From IMG/VR virus record IMGVR_UViG_3300025012_000027, positions 124,001 to 188,000 of that record: a stretch of 64,000 bases of DNA. One strand, 5' to 3'. Under the pieces are notes generated by a model. That model made no database searches. It had not been told where the DNA came from and saw only the letters and a program-made list of their open reading frames with translations. The first letter of the stretch is position 1. Every line of letters starts with the position of its first letter. Positions 53,821 to 64,000 of the stretch are shown here, piece by piece. The position numbers were made by a program, and so were the translations under genes.

Positions 53821-54752
53821 TCCGCCACACTCATGATTTCAATCATGGCAGCAATGTTGTTGATTTCTTGATCAACTACGATCGCGGCAGACTTTTGATA
53901 CTCTGAGAGTATCAAAATCACATCAGGAATGCTCTTGCCTTCGAATAGCACAGATACATTATCGAAGAAGTATCTGAACAGAGTAGCAGAATCCATATCG
54001 GTATTCTTGGCAATCCATTTCCTGACGTCACCGAACTTCTTTGCCTTCAACGACAGAGTTAGTTCATCATAGCTTGTAGCATCTGCAATCAACACACCCG
54101 AGTCAATACTACCATGCACAGAATACTTCTGCAATGCATTGATCGTTCGTCGAAAGTCTGGGAAATATTTCTTTACAAGCACAACCAAAGAGTTTGGGTC
54201 GAACTCGATCTGCTCGGCTTTTAGAATGCTAGCAGATCGCTTCAACATCTGTGCCATCAAAGATTTCTTCTCAGTATCAGTGATCTTGAAGTCAATAGAT
54301 GTGCATCGAGATTGAAGCGGATCAATCACTCGATTCTTGTTATTGCATGTCAAGATGAACCTAGTATTCTTACTAAATTCCTCCATAATTGCCTTCAAAG
54401 CATCCTGGCCAGCGGCCGAAATGCGGTCACATTCATCGAGTAGAACCACTTTCAAGTTCCCATCGAACGATGCCGTTGATGCAAATTGAACAACTTTATT
54501 CCGGATAGTGTCAACGCCTGACTCATTACTGGCGTTAATGAATAGCAAGTCTGCTCCCAACTCTTCAACAATAGCTTTGCTAACAGACGTCTTTCCCACG
54601 CCTGCGCTGCCGCTGAACAAGAAGTGTGGGATCTGACCACTCTCAACAAACTTGGCTATCTCATTTTTAATAGCTGTGGGTAAAATGCAATCGTCCACGG
54701 TTGATGGACGATATCGTTCGCACCACAGAAAGTCATCACTTGGTTTTGTCAT
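53808..54752 (-). CDS. gp44: Clamp loader ATPase gp44
   Basis: LWCERYRP, GSAGVGKT, LDECD, DPLQSRC, FPDFRR. Confidence 0.95.
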   Translation of the reverse strand: MTKPSDDFLWCERYRPSTVDDCILPTAIKNEIAKFVESGQIPHFLFSGSAGVGKTSVSKAIVEELGADLLFINASNESGVDTIRNKVVQFASTASFDGNLKVVLLDECDRISAAGQDALKAIMEEFSKNTRFILTCNNKNRVIDPLQSRCTSIDFKITDTEKKSLMAQMLKRSASILKAEQIEFDPNSLVVLVKKYFPDFRRTINALQKYSVHGSIDSGVLIADATSYDELTLSLKAKKFGDVRKWIAKNTDMDSATLFRYFFDNVSVLFEGKSIPDVILILSEYQKSAAIVVDQEINNIAAMIEIMSVAEWKQ

Positions 54753-54769
54753 TATATAGCTTTCAATGA

Positions 54770-55429
54770 TTACTGAAACGAACTGTCAAGCTCTCCAGTG
54801 ACCAAATAAGTCTTTTTATCGCCGATGAACTTGCACACCTTTGCGCTGCTAATCATTACCTTGTATTCCTCGGGCATCATCTTCAACGAATCAACTTTGA
54901 TATGCATATCGAATGTGCTATCACAATCAGTCTCAACGTCAATCGAGAATTGATTTGTGTTTGGGTTGCTCTTGTCATGCACCAATGCCACAATCTTGGT
55001 ACCATCGCCTTTGAATGTAACAAACGGAACTTTCAGAACACTAGACGCCTTAATGATCTGAGTGAGGTGTTGGGAAGTGAGAATAAACTCTGCTTCAGGA
55101 GTCGCCGAGAACTTCGGCTCTTTCTTAGGCGAGATAAGCACCTCAGCATCTGCTGGCATATAACGAATGTGATTCTTCCCATCGCTGATAGTGAGTGCAC
55201 GATCAGTAAATGTCAGTTCAGGATTTTCAAAGATGCTGAGCACCCCAAGGAACTCAGAAAGATCGTAGATACCAAAGGTAACATCGAACTCTTCTTCAAC
55301 TTCCGCACTAGCAAACGCAGTTTTATTTGCAGATACGGTCATCAGTTGATTACCGGGGCGAATCAACAGGTTGGTGTTGATAGATGCGAAGTTGCGCAGA
55401 AGGTTGACCGTAGTTTTAGAGAGTTTCAT
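54770..55429 (-). CDS. gp45: Sliding clamp gp45
   Basis: MKLSK.T...L.NFASIN, FGIYDLSEFL.VLS. Confidence 0.9.
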   Translation of the reverse strand: MKLSKTTVNLLRNFASINTNLLIRPGNQLMTVSANKTAFASAEVEEEFDVTFGIYDLSEFLGVLSIFENPELTFTDRALTISDGKNHIRYMPADAEVLISPKKEPKFSATPEAEFILTSQHLTQIIKASSVLKVPFVTFKGDGTKIVALVHDKSNPNTNQFSIDVETDCDSTFDMHIKVDSLKMMPEEYKVMISSAKVCKFIGDKKTYLVTGELDSSFQ

Positions 55430-55437
55430 ATAGTTCC

Positions 55438-56076
55438 TTAATTATAAAAAGATTTCAATTGATCATAGATAGCATCGAACGTTAGTGCATCAGTCATAGA
55501 CTCAAGCACATGTTCTAGTACCACATTGTCTTCAACAAGTTCATCGTTAAGCATCCACTGCTTTTTATATGTCCCGGTTTTGTAACCGTTATCTTGTCGT
55601 AGTTTGTTAAGAGCGTTTTTGCCCAAGTAGTATTTTAACAAATCTTTAACATCTATGTCAAGAGCAATCACTACTTGAAAGAACGCGGCTTCAAAATTTT
55701 GCTTGTCCAAACAAAGGATTACGAGTTCTTCAACCTGCTTCAGTTTCTTCTCATGTGTATTTGCATATGTATGCCGACGAGCCCATTCATGGCTGTTTGC
55801 TAGATCTAACGCAGTACGACGATCAACCATTCGTTCAGATAAGAAAAAGTGGAAGATGTCGACCACCTCCAGCAATGCTTGCTTTTGATCTACCTTAGCA
55901 TCAACGTTCTTCCACCACTTCCACTGTAGATGATCTAGCAGCTCAGCACACTCAGTCCAAATAGCGCGCGGCCAAGGATTCTTGGCCTTGCGCCAATCAG
56001 GGTTAACCACACCGTTAAAACTCTCTTGTAATCGCATGCACTCCGCGATACCATTTACCAACTCTTGCTTTTCCAT
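55438..56076 (-). CDS. dut: Dimeric dUTPase
   Basis: WKWWK, EVVDIFHF, Y.GKN.LN..RQ..GY..GTY.K. Confidence 0.85.
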   Translation of the reverse strand: MEKQELVNGIAECMRLQESFNGVVNPDWRKAKNPWPRAIWTECAELLDHLQWKWWKNVDAKVDQKQALLEVVDIFHFFLSERMVDRRTALDLANSHEWARRHTYANTHEKKLKQVEELVILCLDKQNFEAAFFQVVIALDIDVKDLLKYYLGKNALNKLRQDNGYKTGTYKKQWMLNDELVEDNVVLEHVLESMTDALTFDAIYDQLKSFYN

Positions 56077-56094
56077 TATCGTCCTTTAAACAAA

Positions 56095-56532
56095 TTAACC
56101 ACCCGCTTCAAACTTGCGCCATTCGATGGCATTGCGTATTTGCCATCCACGCTCTCTAAGAGACTTTAACACCTCTTCAACATACTCAAAACAGAATATG
56201 CTATAACTTTGTCTATCTTTAATATCTAATAAGATCGAATCTGTTTCTAACAGACGATCAAGCTCAGATTTAAGAGGAGTTTTATACTGATACTGTTCCC
56301 AATCATATTCTTGCAATTCACTGCGAGTGAGTTGGCCGGTATAGTATTTAGACCGCAATCCTTTCATGTTCAAGTATTCTCTTTCGAGTTTGAACATGCG
56401 TAACTTGTATTCGGTTAGAATATCGAGATACTTTTGGTGCAGGTTTGCTGTACGAATACTGGATATGTCCAGCTTATCATGATCAATAACACAATCTATA
56501 GCCCAATTGGCTTTCAATTCATCTAAACGCAT
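56095..56532 (-). CDS. uvsY: Recombination mediator UvsY
   Basis: W..D..ID...L...S.....LH.KYL, I..R.WQIRNAIEWRKFEAG. Confidence 0.85.
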   Translation of the reverse strand: MRLDELKANWAIDCVIDHDKLDISSIRTANLHQKYLDILTEYKLRMFKLEREYLNMKGLRSKYYTGQLTRSELQEYDWEQYQYKTPLKSELDRLLETDSILLDIKDRQSYSIFCFEYVEEVLKSLRERGWQIRNAIEWRKFEAGG

Positions 56533-56536
56533 AATA

Positions 56537-57043
56537 TTATTCAATCACTATTGTCGGGCCTTGTACATGTGGGTTTGATGTAAATGGCTTTATACCACCA
56601 TCTCGTACTGTCTTGCCGGCTTTCGCAGCCAATCGATTAGCAATAAAATGAAACTTAGCGTGCTGGGGGCTTCCTGGCAGCGTCTGGAGAACAATCTTCT
56701 TACCAGACGCTAGTTCTGCTGCCCCATCATTGTGGATTAGTTTGAGGGTTGATATAAATCCTAACTTACTTTCATTACCAGATTTACCAAACATAACTGA
56801 TTGGTTGTGAATATGGTACTCTATATGACCTTCGTGATTCTGGAGCTTGATCAACCGCAGATTATTCTTATCCATGTCATCGGTATACATCACTTTAACA
56901 TGTTTAGATAGGTCAGATGGCACAGAATACTTAGCCATTTGTTCGAGATCTGAATCTCTATGAACGGCTTCCTCGGAAGAGTCTAATGATTCTCGCAGTT
57001 CTGATATCTCAGCATACGTCCAAGCAGATTCGTTATTCGTCAT
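56537..57043 (-). CDS. Hypothetical protein
   Basis: ~168-aa ORF; GAGG RBS. Confidence 0.55.
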   Translation of the reverse strand: MTNNESAWTYAEISELRESLDSSEEAVHRDSDLEQMAKYSVPSDLSKHVKVMYTDDMDKNNLRLIKLQNHEGHIEYHIHNQSVMFGKSGNESKLGFISTLKLIHNDGAAELASGKKIVLQTLPGSPQHAKFHFIANRLAAKAGKTVRDGGIKPFTSNPHVQGPTIVIE

Positions 57044-57227
57044 ATTCATCGACCTCTTTGATCCAACTCTTATACTTCTCTTTAACCTTCAATGGTTTGT
57101 TGTTCGGGGAGGTTCGATCAGCAAACTCTCGACCAAACGAAGGCAACTGTCGATGTTTTTTACTGGTTACTTGACGACTGAGTTTTTGGGTAAGATCCGT
57201 CTGTGTAACGGAAAAATGCCGAGACAT
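57033..57227 (-). CDS. Small hypothetical protein
   Basis: AGGAG RBS; basic with acidic tail. Confidence 0.55.
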   Translation of the reverse strand: MSRHFSVTQTDLTQKLSRQVTSKKHRQLPSFGREFADRTSPNNKPLKVKEKYKSWIKEVDEYDE

Positions 57228-57263
57228 GGTATGTAGACTCCTGATATATGATAATGAATTATA

Positions 57264-57716
57264 TTACATATCTGCTTGAACGTCAAGCAAATTCTTTAAG
57301 TGGATAGTATGTACTTTTATACTAATCCACCGATTATAGTATTGATCCGGTTTGAGTAGCACGTCTTCTTCAAATTGGAATCTGGCTTCATAGTAACTTA
57401 GTTCACCCTTCGTATAACAAAACTTGAGTATCTCGCGCTTGAACACAGCTTCACCCAGCTCTTTGACATCGCGCTGTACGTCTTCAGACGAACCGTAGTA
57501 TGATTTCCAATCACTCTCTTTAGTTACCCTAACCTTTTTCTTTTTCTTTATCCCAGATTTTAAAGTGACTGTTTTCTGAGCAGCACGGGTAGAGTAAAAG
57601 TTTTTCTTGCCAATATACATCTTACCAGATGATGTATTAGTGATCTTATATACGAACCCAATGCATGTTTCGGGTATTTCTTCAAGAGGTGAATCTAAGT
57701 ATGTCCATATCGTCAT
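57264..57716 (-). CDS. Small GIY-YIG nuclease
   Basis: GFVYKITN...MYIGKK, ESDWKSYYGSS, YYE...QF. Confidence 0.8.
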   Translation of the reverse strand: MTIWTYLDSPLEEIPETCIGFVYKITNTSSGKMYIGKKNFYSTRAAQKTVTLKSGIKKKKKVRVTKESDWKSYYGSSEDVQRDVKELGEAVFKREILKFCYTKGELSYYEARFQFEEDVLLKPDQYYNRWISIKVHTIHLKNLLDVQADM

Positions 57717-58225
57717 ACTTTATTTAGTGTGTTGACCCAATCCTTCTTCACAATGTCATTGCTGATACCACCGAGCGTCAATTGTGTACCTACAACTTTG
57801 GGCTCTAAAGATGATTTGATATCTTCTACTTTGTCTGACGGCACATTGTACAAAAGAGTCGCATGTGCCTTAAACGGATTGAATGAATGCTTGCATCCAG
57901 CAGCGCATAAAGCATCATGTAATTTTTGCAACTCGGGGTGTTCTAAGGTCAGAACCATAGCAGACATTCCTGGATTGTCGCTGTCGGGAAATGCTTCAAC
58001 GCCTGTCACGTTTGCCTTTGTTCCAGAGATGTCATACTTTGACATCAGATCTGCCACTTGTGATTGTGGTACATGAGACCCCTTACTGTACATGAGAGTA
58101 ACGTGAGGTTTCGTATTAAGTCGACCAACATCTGATGGGACCAAATGCGTCGGCAAATCATCAACTGCTATGCTAGAGTAGTTACCTGGGTTATTATCAG
58201 ACATCCAGTCATTAAACGATTTCAT
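57713..58225 (-). CDS. acb1: 2H-phosphodiesterase, Acb1/gp57B-like anti-CBASS nuclease
   Basis: Two HxT motifs HVTLMYS and HATLLYNV; K.DW terminus as in T4 57B. Confidence 0.75.
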   Translation of the reverse strand: MKSFNDWMSDNNPGNYSSIAVDDLPTHLVPSDVGRLNTKPHVTLMYSKGSHVPQSQVADLMSKYDISGTKANVTGVEAFPDSDNPGMSAMVLTLEHPELQKLHDALCAAGCKHSFNPFKAHATLLYNVPSDKVEDIKSSLEPKVVGTQLTLGGISNDIVKKDWVNTLNKV

Positions 58226-59259
58226 CGTATTCCTTTTGTGCATTTATCAGAAACATCACATTTAACCCATTGCGAAAACTTCATAGAAGCCGCGAGCCCC
58301 TTTTCAGAACTCTTCAGTATCAAAGACTCAATATCTTTAGCCGAGTGTCCGCGTAATATCATATCATTAACATCCTTACCCCAATGTTCATCCCACAAAC
58401 ATACTCGATGACCACTGTCCGTCATCTTGCGTATGCTCTTGCACACTTCGATATTCCTGGGCTGATTATCTGGTACAAGTATTACATCTTTAAACCCATC
58501 AAGTTCAGGCACCAATAAAGCCGCAGATCCAACAGCGATAGCATTATCGAAGAACAGAGAATCTAATGGACCTTCTAGCACAAACACCGGTTTCTTAGGA
58601 TCTACCGTGTCTAACCCAAAAACTCTAGATGCGTCATCTTGTATTTTCAAGTAAATGTATTTAGGCTCTTCTTTACCGAATGATCTAGCAGACAATCTAG
58701 TTATATTACCTTTCTTATCGAAGAACGGTATGATCAGTCTGGGGTGTTCATCGGCTGATGAGCTCAACTTCTTCCCTCTCCACTCAGACTCAAATTCTTT
58801 GAACCTAAGAACAAAGTATAGTCTGTCAAAATGCTTCCGGTCAATCTTGCGTTTTAGTAGATACTTTACTGCTGGGTGATCGTCGCCTAAATCTGATATA
58901 CGCGACAAGTTTGATAGATTTAGTCGTTTTGTTTCAACTACCGGCGTGTCAACAACCTTGAGAGCTGGCGCATCATCATGAGTTGCCTTGTACTTTTCAA
59001 CAGCATACTCATCATACAGATACGGAGCCTGTAGTTTAAGAAAGCTCGAGAATCGCATACTAGCGCCACAGTTAAAGCATCCCATATTATAATGGCTACT
59101 TGATGGTGGTAAGTAGAAACTACCACGAGTCTTCCAATCATTCTTTTTAGAATCGCCGCAAATTGGACACCTAAACTCCCATAGATTTTGCTTTGCTTTG
59201 TGAAACCTCAACAACCGAGGGCCCATCATATTGATGTATTTTTCTTCAAGCCACAACAT
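58222..59259 (-). CDS. gp61: DNA primase gp61
   Basis: FRCPICGDS.K...K.RG, CFNCG, RLIIPF, VLEGPLDSLF, KDVNDM. Confidence 0.95.
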   Translation of the reverse strand: MLWLEEKYINMMGPRLLRFHKAKQNLWEFRCPICGDSKKNDWKTRGSFYLPPSSSHYNMGCFNCGASMRFSSFLKLQAPYLYDEYAVEKYKATHDDAPALKVVDTPVVETKRLNLSNLSRISDLGDDHPAVKYLLKRKIDRKHFDRLYFVLRFKEFESEWRGKKLSSSADEHPRLIIPFFDKKGNITRLSARSFGKEEPKYIYLKIQDDASRVFGLDTVDPKKPVFVLEGPLDSLFFDNAIAVGSAALLVPELDGFKDVILVPDNQPRNIEVCKSIRKMTDSGHRVCLWDEHWGKDVNDMILRGHSAKDIESLILKSSEKGLAASMKFSQWVKCDVSDKCTKGIR

Positions 59260-59351
59260 AATTTAATAATCTATAGTGATACACACGTCAGCAACAGTGT
59301 AGATTCAACGCCAGTTCAATTCGTTTGCGGAAGTAGTACCCACGGTACTAT

Positions 59352-59747
59352 TCAATGTAAAACGCGATCTAAGGGGGCATCTTCAGGTTGATCTAATACA
59401 ACCGGATCCGTTGGATCTATTTGAGCAAAGTATGCGGTTGAGAAGAATTCAATGAACGAACTAAACTCTTCGAATCGATCTACGAGAATTCTAGTATAAA
59501 ATTTATCCATCAATTCAGCAGATGGAGCCTTGACGAATTGAAAGCATTGAGCAGACATATCAAATCGTCTATTCTTTGTATACGGACAAAACTCGTCTAG
59601 ATCATCTCCATTCAAAACATATGGGAAGAACATACTGACGATTCCAGTAGGTTTGACAATGCAAATTGTTATTAGAAACTCACCTGTGTTCAACCTGTTT
59701 AGAAAAGTAGCCTCAAGGATCTTTTCCTTGATGTTAATATCGTCCAC
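59352..59747 (-). CDS. Hypothetical protein downstream of uvsW
   Basis: GTG start with AAGGAG RBS; RLNTGE.LI. Confidence 0.55.
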   Translation of the reverse strand: MDDINIKEKILEATFLNRLNTGEFLITICIVKPTGIVSMFFPYVLNGDDLDEFCPYTKNRRFDMSAQCFQFVKAPSAELMDKFYTRILVDRFEEFSSFIEFFSTAYFAQIDPTDPVVLDQPEDAPLDRVLH

Positions 59748-61257
59748 TAGGGATCTCCTTGATGCTGATGTCAAACTGCTCTTTCTTATAGATAGTTAAT
59801 CGTTCAATTGCGTGCAAATACGCATAATTTTCTTTCGATTTGTATCGAAGGTCATCTACAATGTCAATCAAGGTCATGAAGTCTTTATCAGAATGCAGGC
59901 GTAATCCTCGCCCAATAGATTGCAACACGGTTATGGAGCTTTTAGACGGAGATCCAAAGATCACGTTCTTTATGTTAGGAATGTTTACCCCAACGGCCAT
60001 TGTTTGGTACGTTGCCACTATTATACAATCCTCGACGTTGGCAGTCAACCTAATGATCTCTCGCGCATCAGCACTTACATCACCTGCAACATAATATACC
60101 GGTTTATCCGATAATGTCTTAAGACTCTCGTATAAGACCTTTGCATGAGTATCTCGATTCCGAACCAGCAACAGAGTAGTTCCAGTCAAACTCCTTGCAA
60201 CATTAACTAAAAACCGATTTCGGTTATCGTTGATAATGAGCCACTTCACTTCGTCCGGATACTCTAATTTCTTAACAAACTTGGCATCCTCTTCTGGATA
60301 CTTTAGTATGAGAGCCTTAATCTTCAGACTACTTACCTGACTACTATCCATCAATTCTTTTGTGGTAGTAACTCTGTAGATAGGTCCCAGGAACCCTTCT
60401 ATAACTAGTTGATGTATCTGATTGTTATCAATAGTACCGGTGGTTCCAATACGATACGTTGAATGAACACATTTCTCGAGAATACTCTGAACCACAGCAC
60501 CCTTAGATGTATGTGCTTCGTCGCAAATAACACCTCGATATAATGATAATATCTTTGGACCATTAACCTTGTCATTGGCAATCTTTGTAAACGACTGCCA
60601 CGTAGTAATCAACACTCGTTTAGACAACTCTTTGTTCTGTCCAGAATACAATTTCTGACACATGGTATCGACATTGAAGTCTGATTGACTAGCATACTCT
60701 CGAAAATCTCCCATCATTTGATTAACCAGAGACACGTTTGGAACAAGCAATAGAATTCTAGTATCGGGGTCTTCTTCAAGTATCCATCGAATGATACAGT
60801 ATATGATAAGAGATTTACCAGAACTAGTAGGCGATATTAGCGTTGCTCGACGATTGATAATGCTATGATGGATAGCATCAAGTTGATAGTCTCGCGTAGT
60901 AATAGGCCCACTCTTACTCCACAGATTCAAACTATCAACGAAGTCTTTGATATCAGTGAGGTCAACGTCAATATCTTCTTGAATGCAGCTGAATCTTTCA
61001 GTAGGGACAACTTCGACTTCGATATCATTGTCTTTGCAGAATGTTAGAAGCCGGTTATACAACCCAATAGGCAGTAGTTTAGTTCTGATGTTGAACAGTG
61101 AGATTGTACCATCCCACAATCTGTTCTTATACTTGGGACTGAACTGATACCCAGGCACTTTGAATGTGAAGTAGTCTTTTATGTCCGATTCAGTGCTTTG
61201 ATCGGAAAAAACTTTAATGAAACTTTCGTTTACTTTGTGGACGGAAACTGTGATCAT
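59734..61257 (-). CDS. uvsW: DNA helicase UvsW
   Basis: RDYQ, SPTSSGKS, DEAH, GTTGT, LQSIGRGLR. Confidence 0.95.
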   Translation of the reverse strand: MITVSVHKVNESFIKVFSDQSTESDIKDYFTFKVPGYQFSPKYKNRLWDGTISLFNIRTKLLPIGLYNRLLTFCKDNDIEVEVVPTERFSCIQEDIDVDLTDIKDFVDSLNLWSKSGPITTRDYQLDAIHHSIINRRATLISPTSSGKSLIIYCIIRWILEEDPDTRILLLVPNVSLVNQMMGDFREYASQSDFNVDTMCQKLYSGQNKELSKRVLITTWQSFTKIANDKVNGPKILSLYRGVICDEAHTSKGAVVQSILEKCVHSTYRIGTTGTIDNNQIHQLVIEGFLGPIYRVTTTKELMDSSQVSSLKIKALILKYPEEDAKFVKKLEYPDEVKWLIINDNRNRFLVNVARSLTGTTLLLVRNRDTHAKVLYESLKTLSDKPVYYVAGDVSADAREIIRLTANVEDCIIVATYQTMAVGVNIPNIKNVIFGSPSKSSITVLQSIGRGLRLHSDKDFMTLIDIVDDLRYKSKENYAYLHAIERLTIYKKEQFDISIKEIPSGRY

Positions 61258-61757
61258 TTATCAAATTCGAATCTGGTATAGACCATAGTTAGTGAAGCCT
61301 TCACATAGTTCGTTTCTGGGTCTTGGGATGTCATCTGAAACCCACTCAGAGCAGTAGGGATGGCATCAAAGAATGTAAGGCTGCGAACTGGATTGCTCTT
61401 CGAACTCATTACAACAACTTTAGCATCCTGTTCACCAAGTGGCTGAGCAGAGCTCTTGTTTTCAAAATTCGTATAGTCAGAATGATCGCTAGAAAAACCG
61501 ATGCCATTCATCCAGTTGAACACTTCTTCATAGTTCTTCATAGTCTCATCGACCATAAAGGTAAATGTCATTGCCCCAAACATGGGCTTGTCGCCTGCAA
61601 ACTTTAGATCGGTATATGGCGTTGATGAATAAGCAGGTTGAAGTTGTATCTCAGGCAGAACGAAATCTGTACTGAAGTATTGCACACGCGGAAACCTAGG
61701 CAGTATCAACTGATAGGAATTCGTCTGTAAAAAATTAGTGGTAGCTCCACATATCAT
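61254..61757 (-). CDS. gp3: Tail completion and sheath stabilizer gp3
   Basis: NFL....Y.L...P.V.YF....LP.I, GDK..F..M..TFMVDE.M.NY.EV.NWM. Confidence 0.85.
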   Translation of the reverse strand: MICGATTNFLQTNSYQLILPRFPRVQYFSTDFVLPEIQLQPAYSSTPYTDLKFAGDKPMFGAMTFTFMVDETMKNYEEVFNWMNGIGFSSDHSDYTNFENKSSAQPLGEQDAKVVVMSSKSNPVRSLTFFDAIPTALSGFQMTSQDPETNYVKASLTMVYTRFEFDK

Positions 61758-61807
61758 AGTATTGTTCTCCGGGGGTATGTATGTATTTAACCCCAGAGAA
61801 TCGCATG

Positions 61808-62104
61808 CTACTCGGCCATAGTAGCAAGCAAGGCGTGGATAGCGTTAATAGAAACTGCTTTATCTGCATCAGGGGCAGGCAACATACGTACCATAGATTC
61901 CATAGTAAGCAGTTCTTCGCGGGAGTCTGATCCGATTATCCCGACCAAAGCATCTCGCAGCAGTTTGATATCTTGCTCAGCTTTGCGCATAGGGTGCTTT
62001 TCACATACTTTAATATGAGCAGTTAGAGATTCATGAGAATGGGATGGCGTGCCTTGTGGATATTCTTGTCCACAGTATACGCAGGTAATGATAGTATCTA
62101 GCAT
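61808..62104 (-). CDS. Hypothetical protein with Zn-finger-like CxxC...H..C
   Basis: CVYCGQEYP...HIKVCEKHP. Confidence 0.55.
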   Translation of the reverse strand: MLDTIITCVYCGQEYPQGTPSHSHESLTAHIKVCEKHPMRKAEQDIKLLRDALVGIIGSDSREELLTMESMVRMLPAPDADKAVSINAIHALLATMAE

Positions 62105-62155
62105 ATTATAACCGATAAAGTATAAAGTTACATTATAACACAGAACTATTATTAG

Positions 62156-63424
62156 TCAAGCAGATATATCTCGAGATTTTCTGGGAGCCATTCCAAGCAA
62201 CCAAGAGGGATCTGGCGTATGCCCCGGATATACTCTATACGTTTTAATCCCGTCATTATATACGGTCACCCCAATCTGTCGCGTAGAACGCTTGACAGAT
62301 TTTGCTTGAGGTTTCATACCCAATACCCAAGAAGGATCGACCGGTTCGCCGGGACCTACATAAAAGTTTTTAGCCCCATCAGTATAGCACACGTATCCTA
62401 CCCGGTTTTCTCGGAGGCCTTTCGCTCGACTGTGCTTGACAGATTCAGCATCGCTATATAACACGCCAGCAACCCAGGGATAACCAGGGGCAGATTTGAA
62501 CTTTTTGTTTATGCTACCATTGTTATACCACATCGTTCCTATATTAGCCGCGACACATAGTGGTTGATTTGATATTGCCGCGGCCCTCTTTTTCGATAAA
62601 TTAAACGTAATCAAGTTTAGAGATATTATATCTGGATCATCGGCATATAACTTACCAAAGAACGTACCATCAGGTAGCGCATAGTCGGATCTATGCTTTA
62701 AGGAAGCAGATGAGTTAGCGTATCGTTTAGATTCTATCATACCGTATTCTTCTGCTGTTCGTTTTGCATGCCATCCTTCTGATATTAGAGATTTAGCAAG
62801 ATCAGAGTGTTTTCGAACCCGCTTCGAGTCGACACCTTTGTATAGTGTGATTCGCCGATTGGGGTCTTTAGACGCCGACATCTTTTTACGAATCTCGTCA
62901 GTTCTAGTAGTGCCTTGCATATGCCCGACTAATTGTAGTTCATCGATAAGTGGGTCTGATGGTAGTATAAAGAACATATTACCAACGGAATCCTTATAAC
63001 ATCCGCGACCGGCGCGCCATATCATAAAAGATTCTTTCGATTTTGCGGCATACCTAATGTCGATGGAGTTGGGGACGGTTCTTTGATTTTTATTGTACGT
63101 GCTGGTATTTTGCACATGCAGCATATAATACACCGTGATACCAGGACTTGATATTTCTGGATACGCTTTCCACAATAATACATGGGCAATTATATGCTGC
63201 CTAGCCGTAAGAGCTATCGCGTTCCACGAGTGCATACGCAAGTCTTTGTATTCAGGAAACATATCATGAGCTTTAGGGCATATATGATGTGTCTCCATAT
63301 ATGTCGATGTAGCGATATTCAAGTTAGTGTGTCGACATTTTAGAATAAACTTAAAATACCGATCTAAGTAATGCTTGACGTGAGGCTTGCTTAAAAGAAT
63401 CTCTAGTATAGTTTCAGGAGGCAT
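62156..63424 (-). mobile_element. HNH homing endonuclease with NUMOD-like repeats
   Basis: ETHHICPK...N.IALTARQHIIAH.LL; repeated WYNNG/YNDG...W..GM; directly downstream of gp23. Confidence 0.8.
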
Positions 63425-63500
63425 TGTGGTATTAATATAGTATCAAAATGATATCAATTATAAACTATCGCGCCTCTAGCGTCAAGAGTTTTCTGTCGTT

Positions 63501-63523
63501 AAAAAGGGCTCCGAAGAGCCCCT
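63501..63523 (-). terminator. Intrinsic terminator after gp23
   Basis: AAGGGCTC-TTCG-GAGCCCTTTTT. Confidence 0.8.
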
Positions 63524-63565
63524 TGTATATGTATTACGTGAACAAAGTCACGTAAGTCATTGAAA

Positions 63566-64000
63566 TCAAAGAATATTCTTGATCTCGATACGACGGAAAA
63601 AACTATTTGAGTTAGCAGCCAAACCATCGCTAGACACAGCAGTCGGAACTGCATATGGGTGCGCAACAATTCCGTAGCGTTGTCGAAAAGCGAGACGGGG
63701 CTGAAACGTCTGTGGGTCAACTGCGCGGAACAGTTGCAGAGGTTGGTAAGGAGCGTAGAACAAACCAGCTTGGTAAGGATTTGCACCCTTGTGACCAATA
63801 ACTGCGTAGTGGGTATTCGAACCACCATTTGCCAAGTACGGATCAACGAACACTTTAAAGCGACCGTTTAGAATACCTGCAAAAGTTGTCGATGCTTCAT
63901 CAATAACTTCAGTACCTTGGATAGCTGGATTGTAATCCAACACACCGGCCATTGCCAATGCGGAAGCCACATCGCTAGAGCAGATAATAAAGTTACCACG
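63566..64000 (-). CDS. gp23: Major capsid protein gp23 (3' part)
   Basis: VASALAMAGVLDY.P, TFAGILNGR.KVFVDPY, AGLFYAPY.PL..RAV...FQPR..F..RYG. Confidence 0.95.
   Translation of the reverse strand, partial: RGNFIICSSDVASALAMAGVLDYNPAIQGTEVIDEASTTFAGILNGRFKVFVDPYLANGGSNTHYAVIGHKGANPYQAGLFYAPYQPLQLFRAVDPQTFQPRLAFRQRYGIVAHPYAVPTAVSSDGLAANSNSFFRRIEIKNIL

Noticed and set aside
1-64000. Genome-wide stop-codon reassignment suggested by the RF UGA
   Set aside because: Core genes are intact in code 11 and end normally in TGA, TAG or TAA; only one in-frame stop was found.

Overview
A 64 kb slice of a large T4-like (Tevenvirinae-type gene set) myovirus genome; most genes lie on the minus strand. Core T4-like genes: gp23 capsid (3' part, right edge), gp3, uvsW, gp61 primase, uvsY, gp45/44/62, regA, gp43 polymerase, gp2, gp54-like, gp16-like, gp26/gp51, gp13, gp15, rnh, gp30 ligase, dda. 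Nucleotide metabolism: ThyX, class II RNR, dimeric dUTPase. There are three free-standing homing endonucleases, anti-CBASS Acb1 and Acb2 homologues, an ADP-ribosyltransferase and a paralogous family of 26-aa helical-repeat proteins. About 25.3-42.8 kb is a translation-control island: roughly 29 tRNA genes covering all 20 amino acids, a circularly permuted tmRNA, a Thg1-like enzyme, an RNAP omega homologue, an RF1-like release factor interrupted by an in-frame UGA, and several hairpin-closed ncRNAs, one copying the L11-binding (H43/H44) domain of 23S rRNA. The top candidate for an undescribed system is upstream of the tRNA array (42.6-42.8 kb). A 33/37-codon leader ORF uses almost every amino acid and almost never repeats a codon, and its stop codon overlaps an antiterminator that competes with an intrinsic terminator. 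This is the layout of a ribosome-stalling attenuator that could sense loss of any tRNA. All calls were made by eye without database searches. Starts were adjusted from the ORF track where an RBS or homology suggested it, and RNA ends may be off by a few nt.
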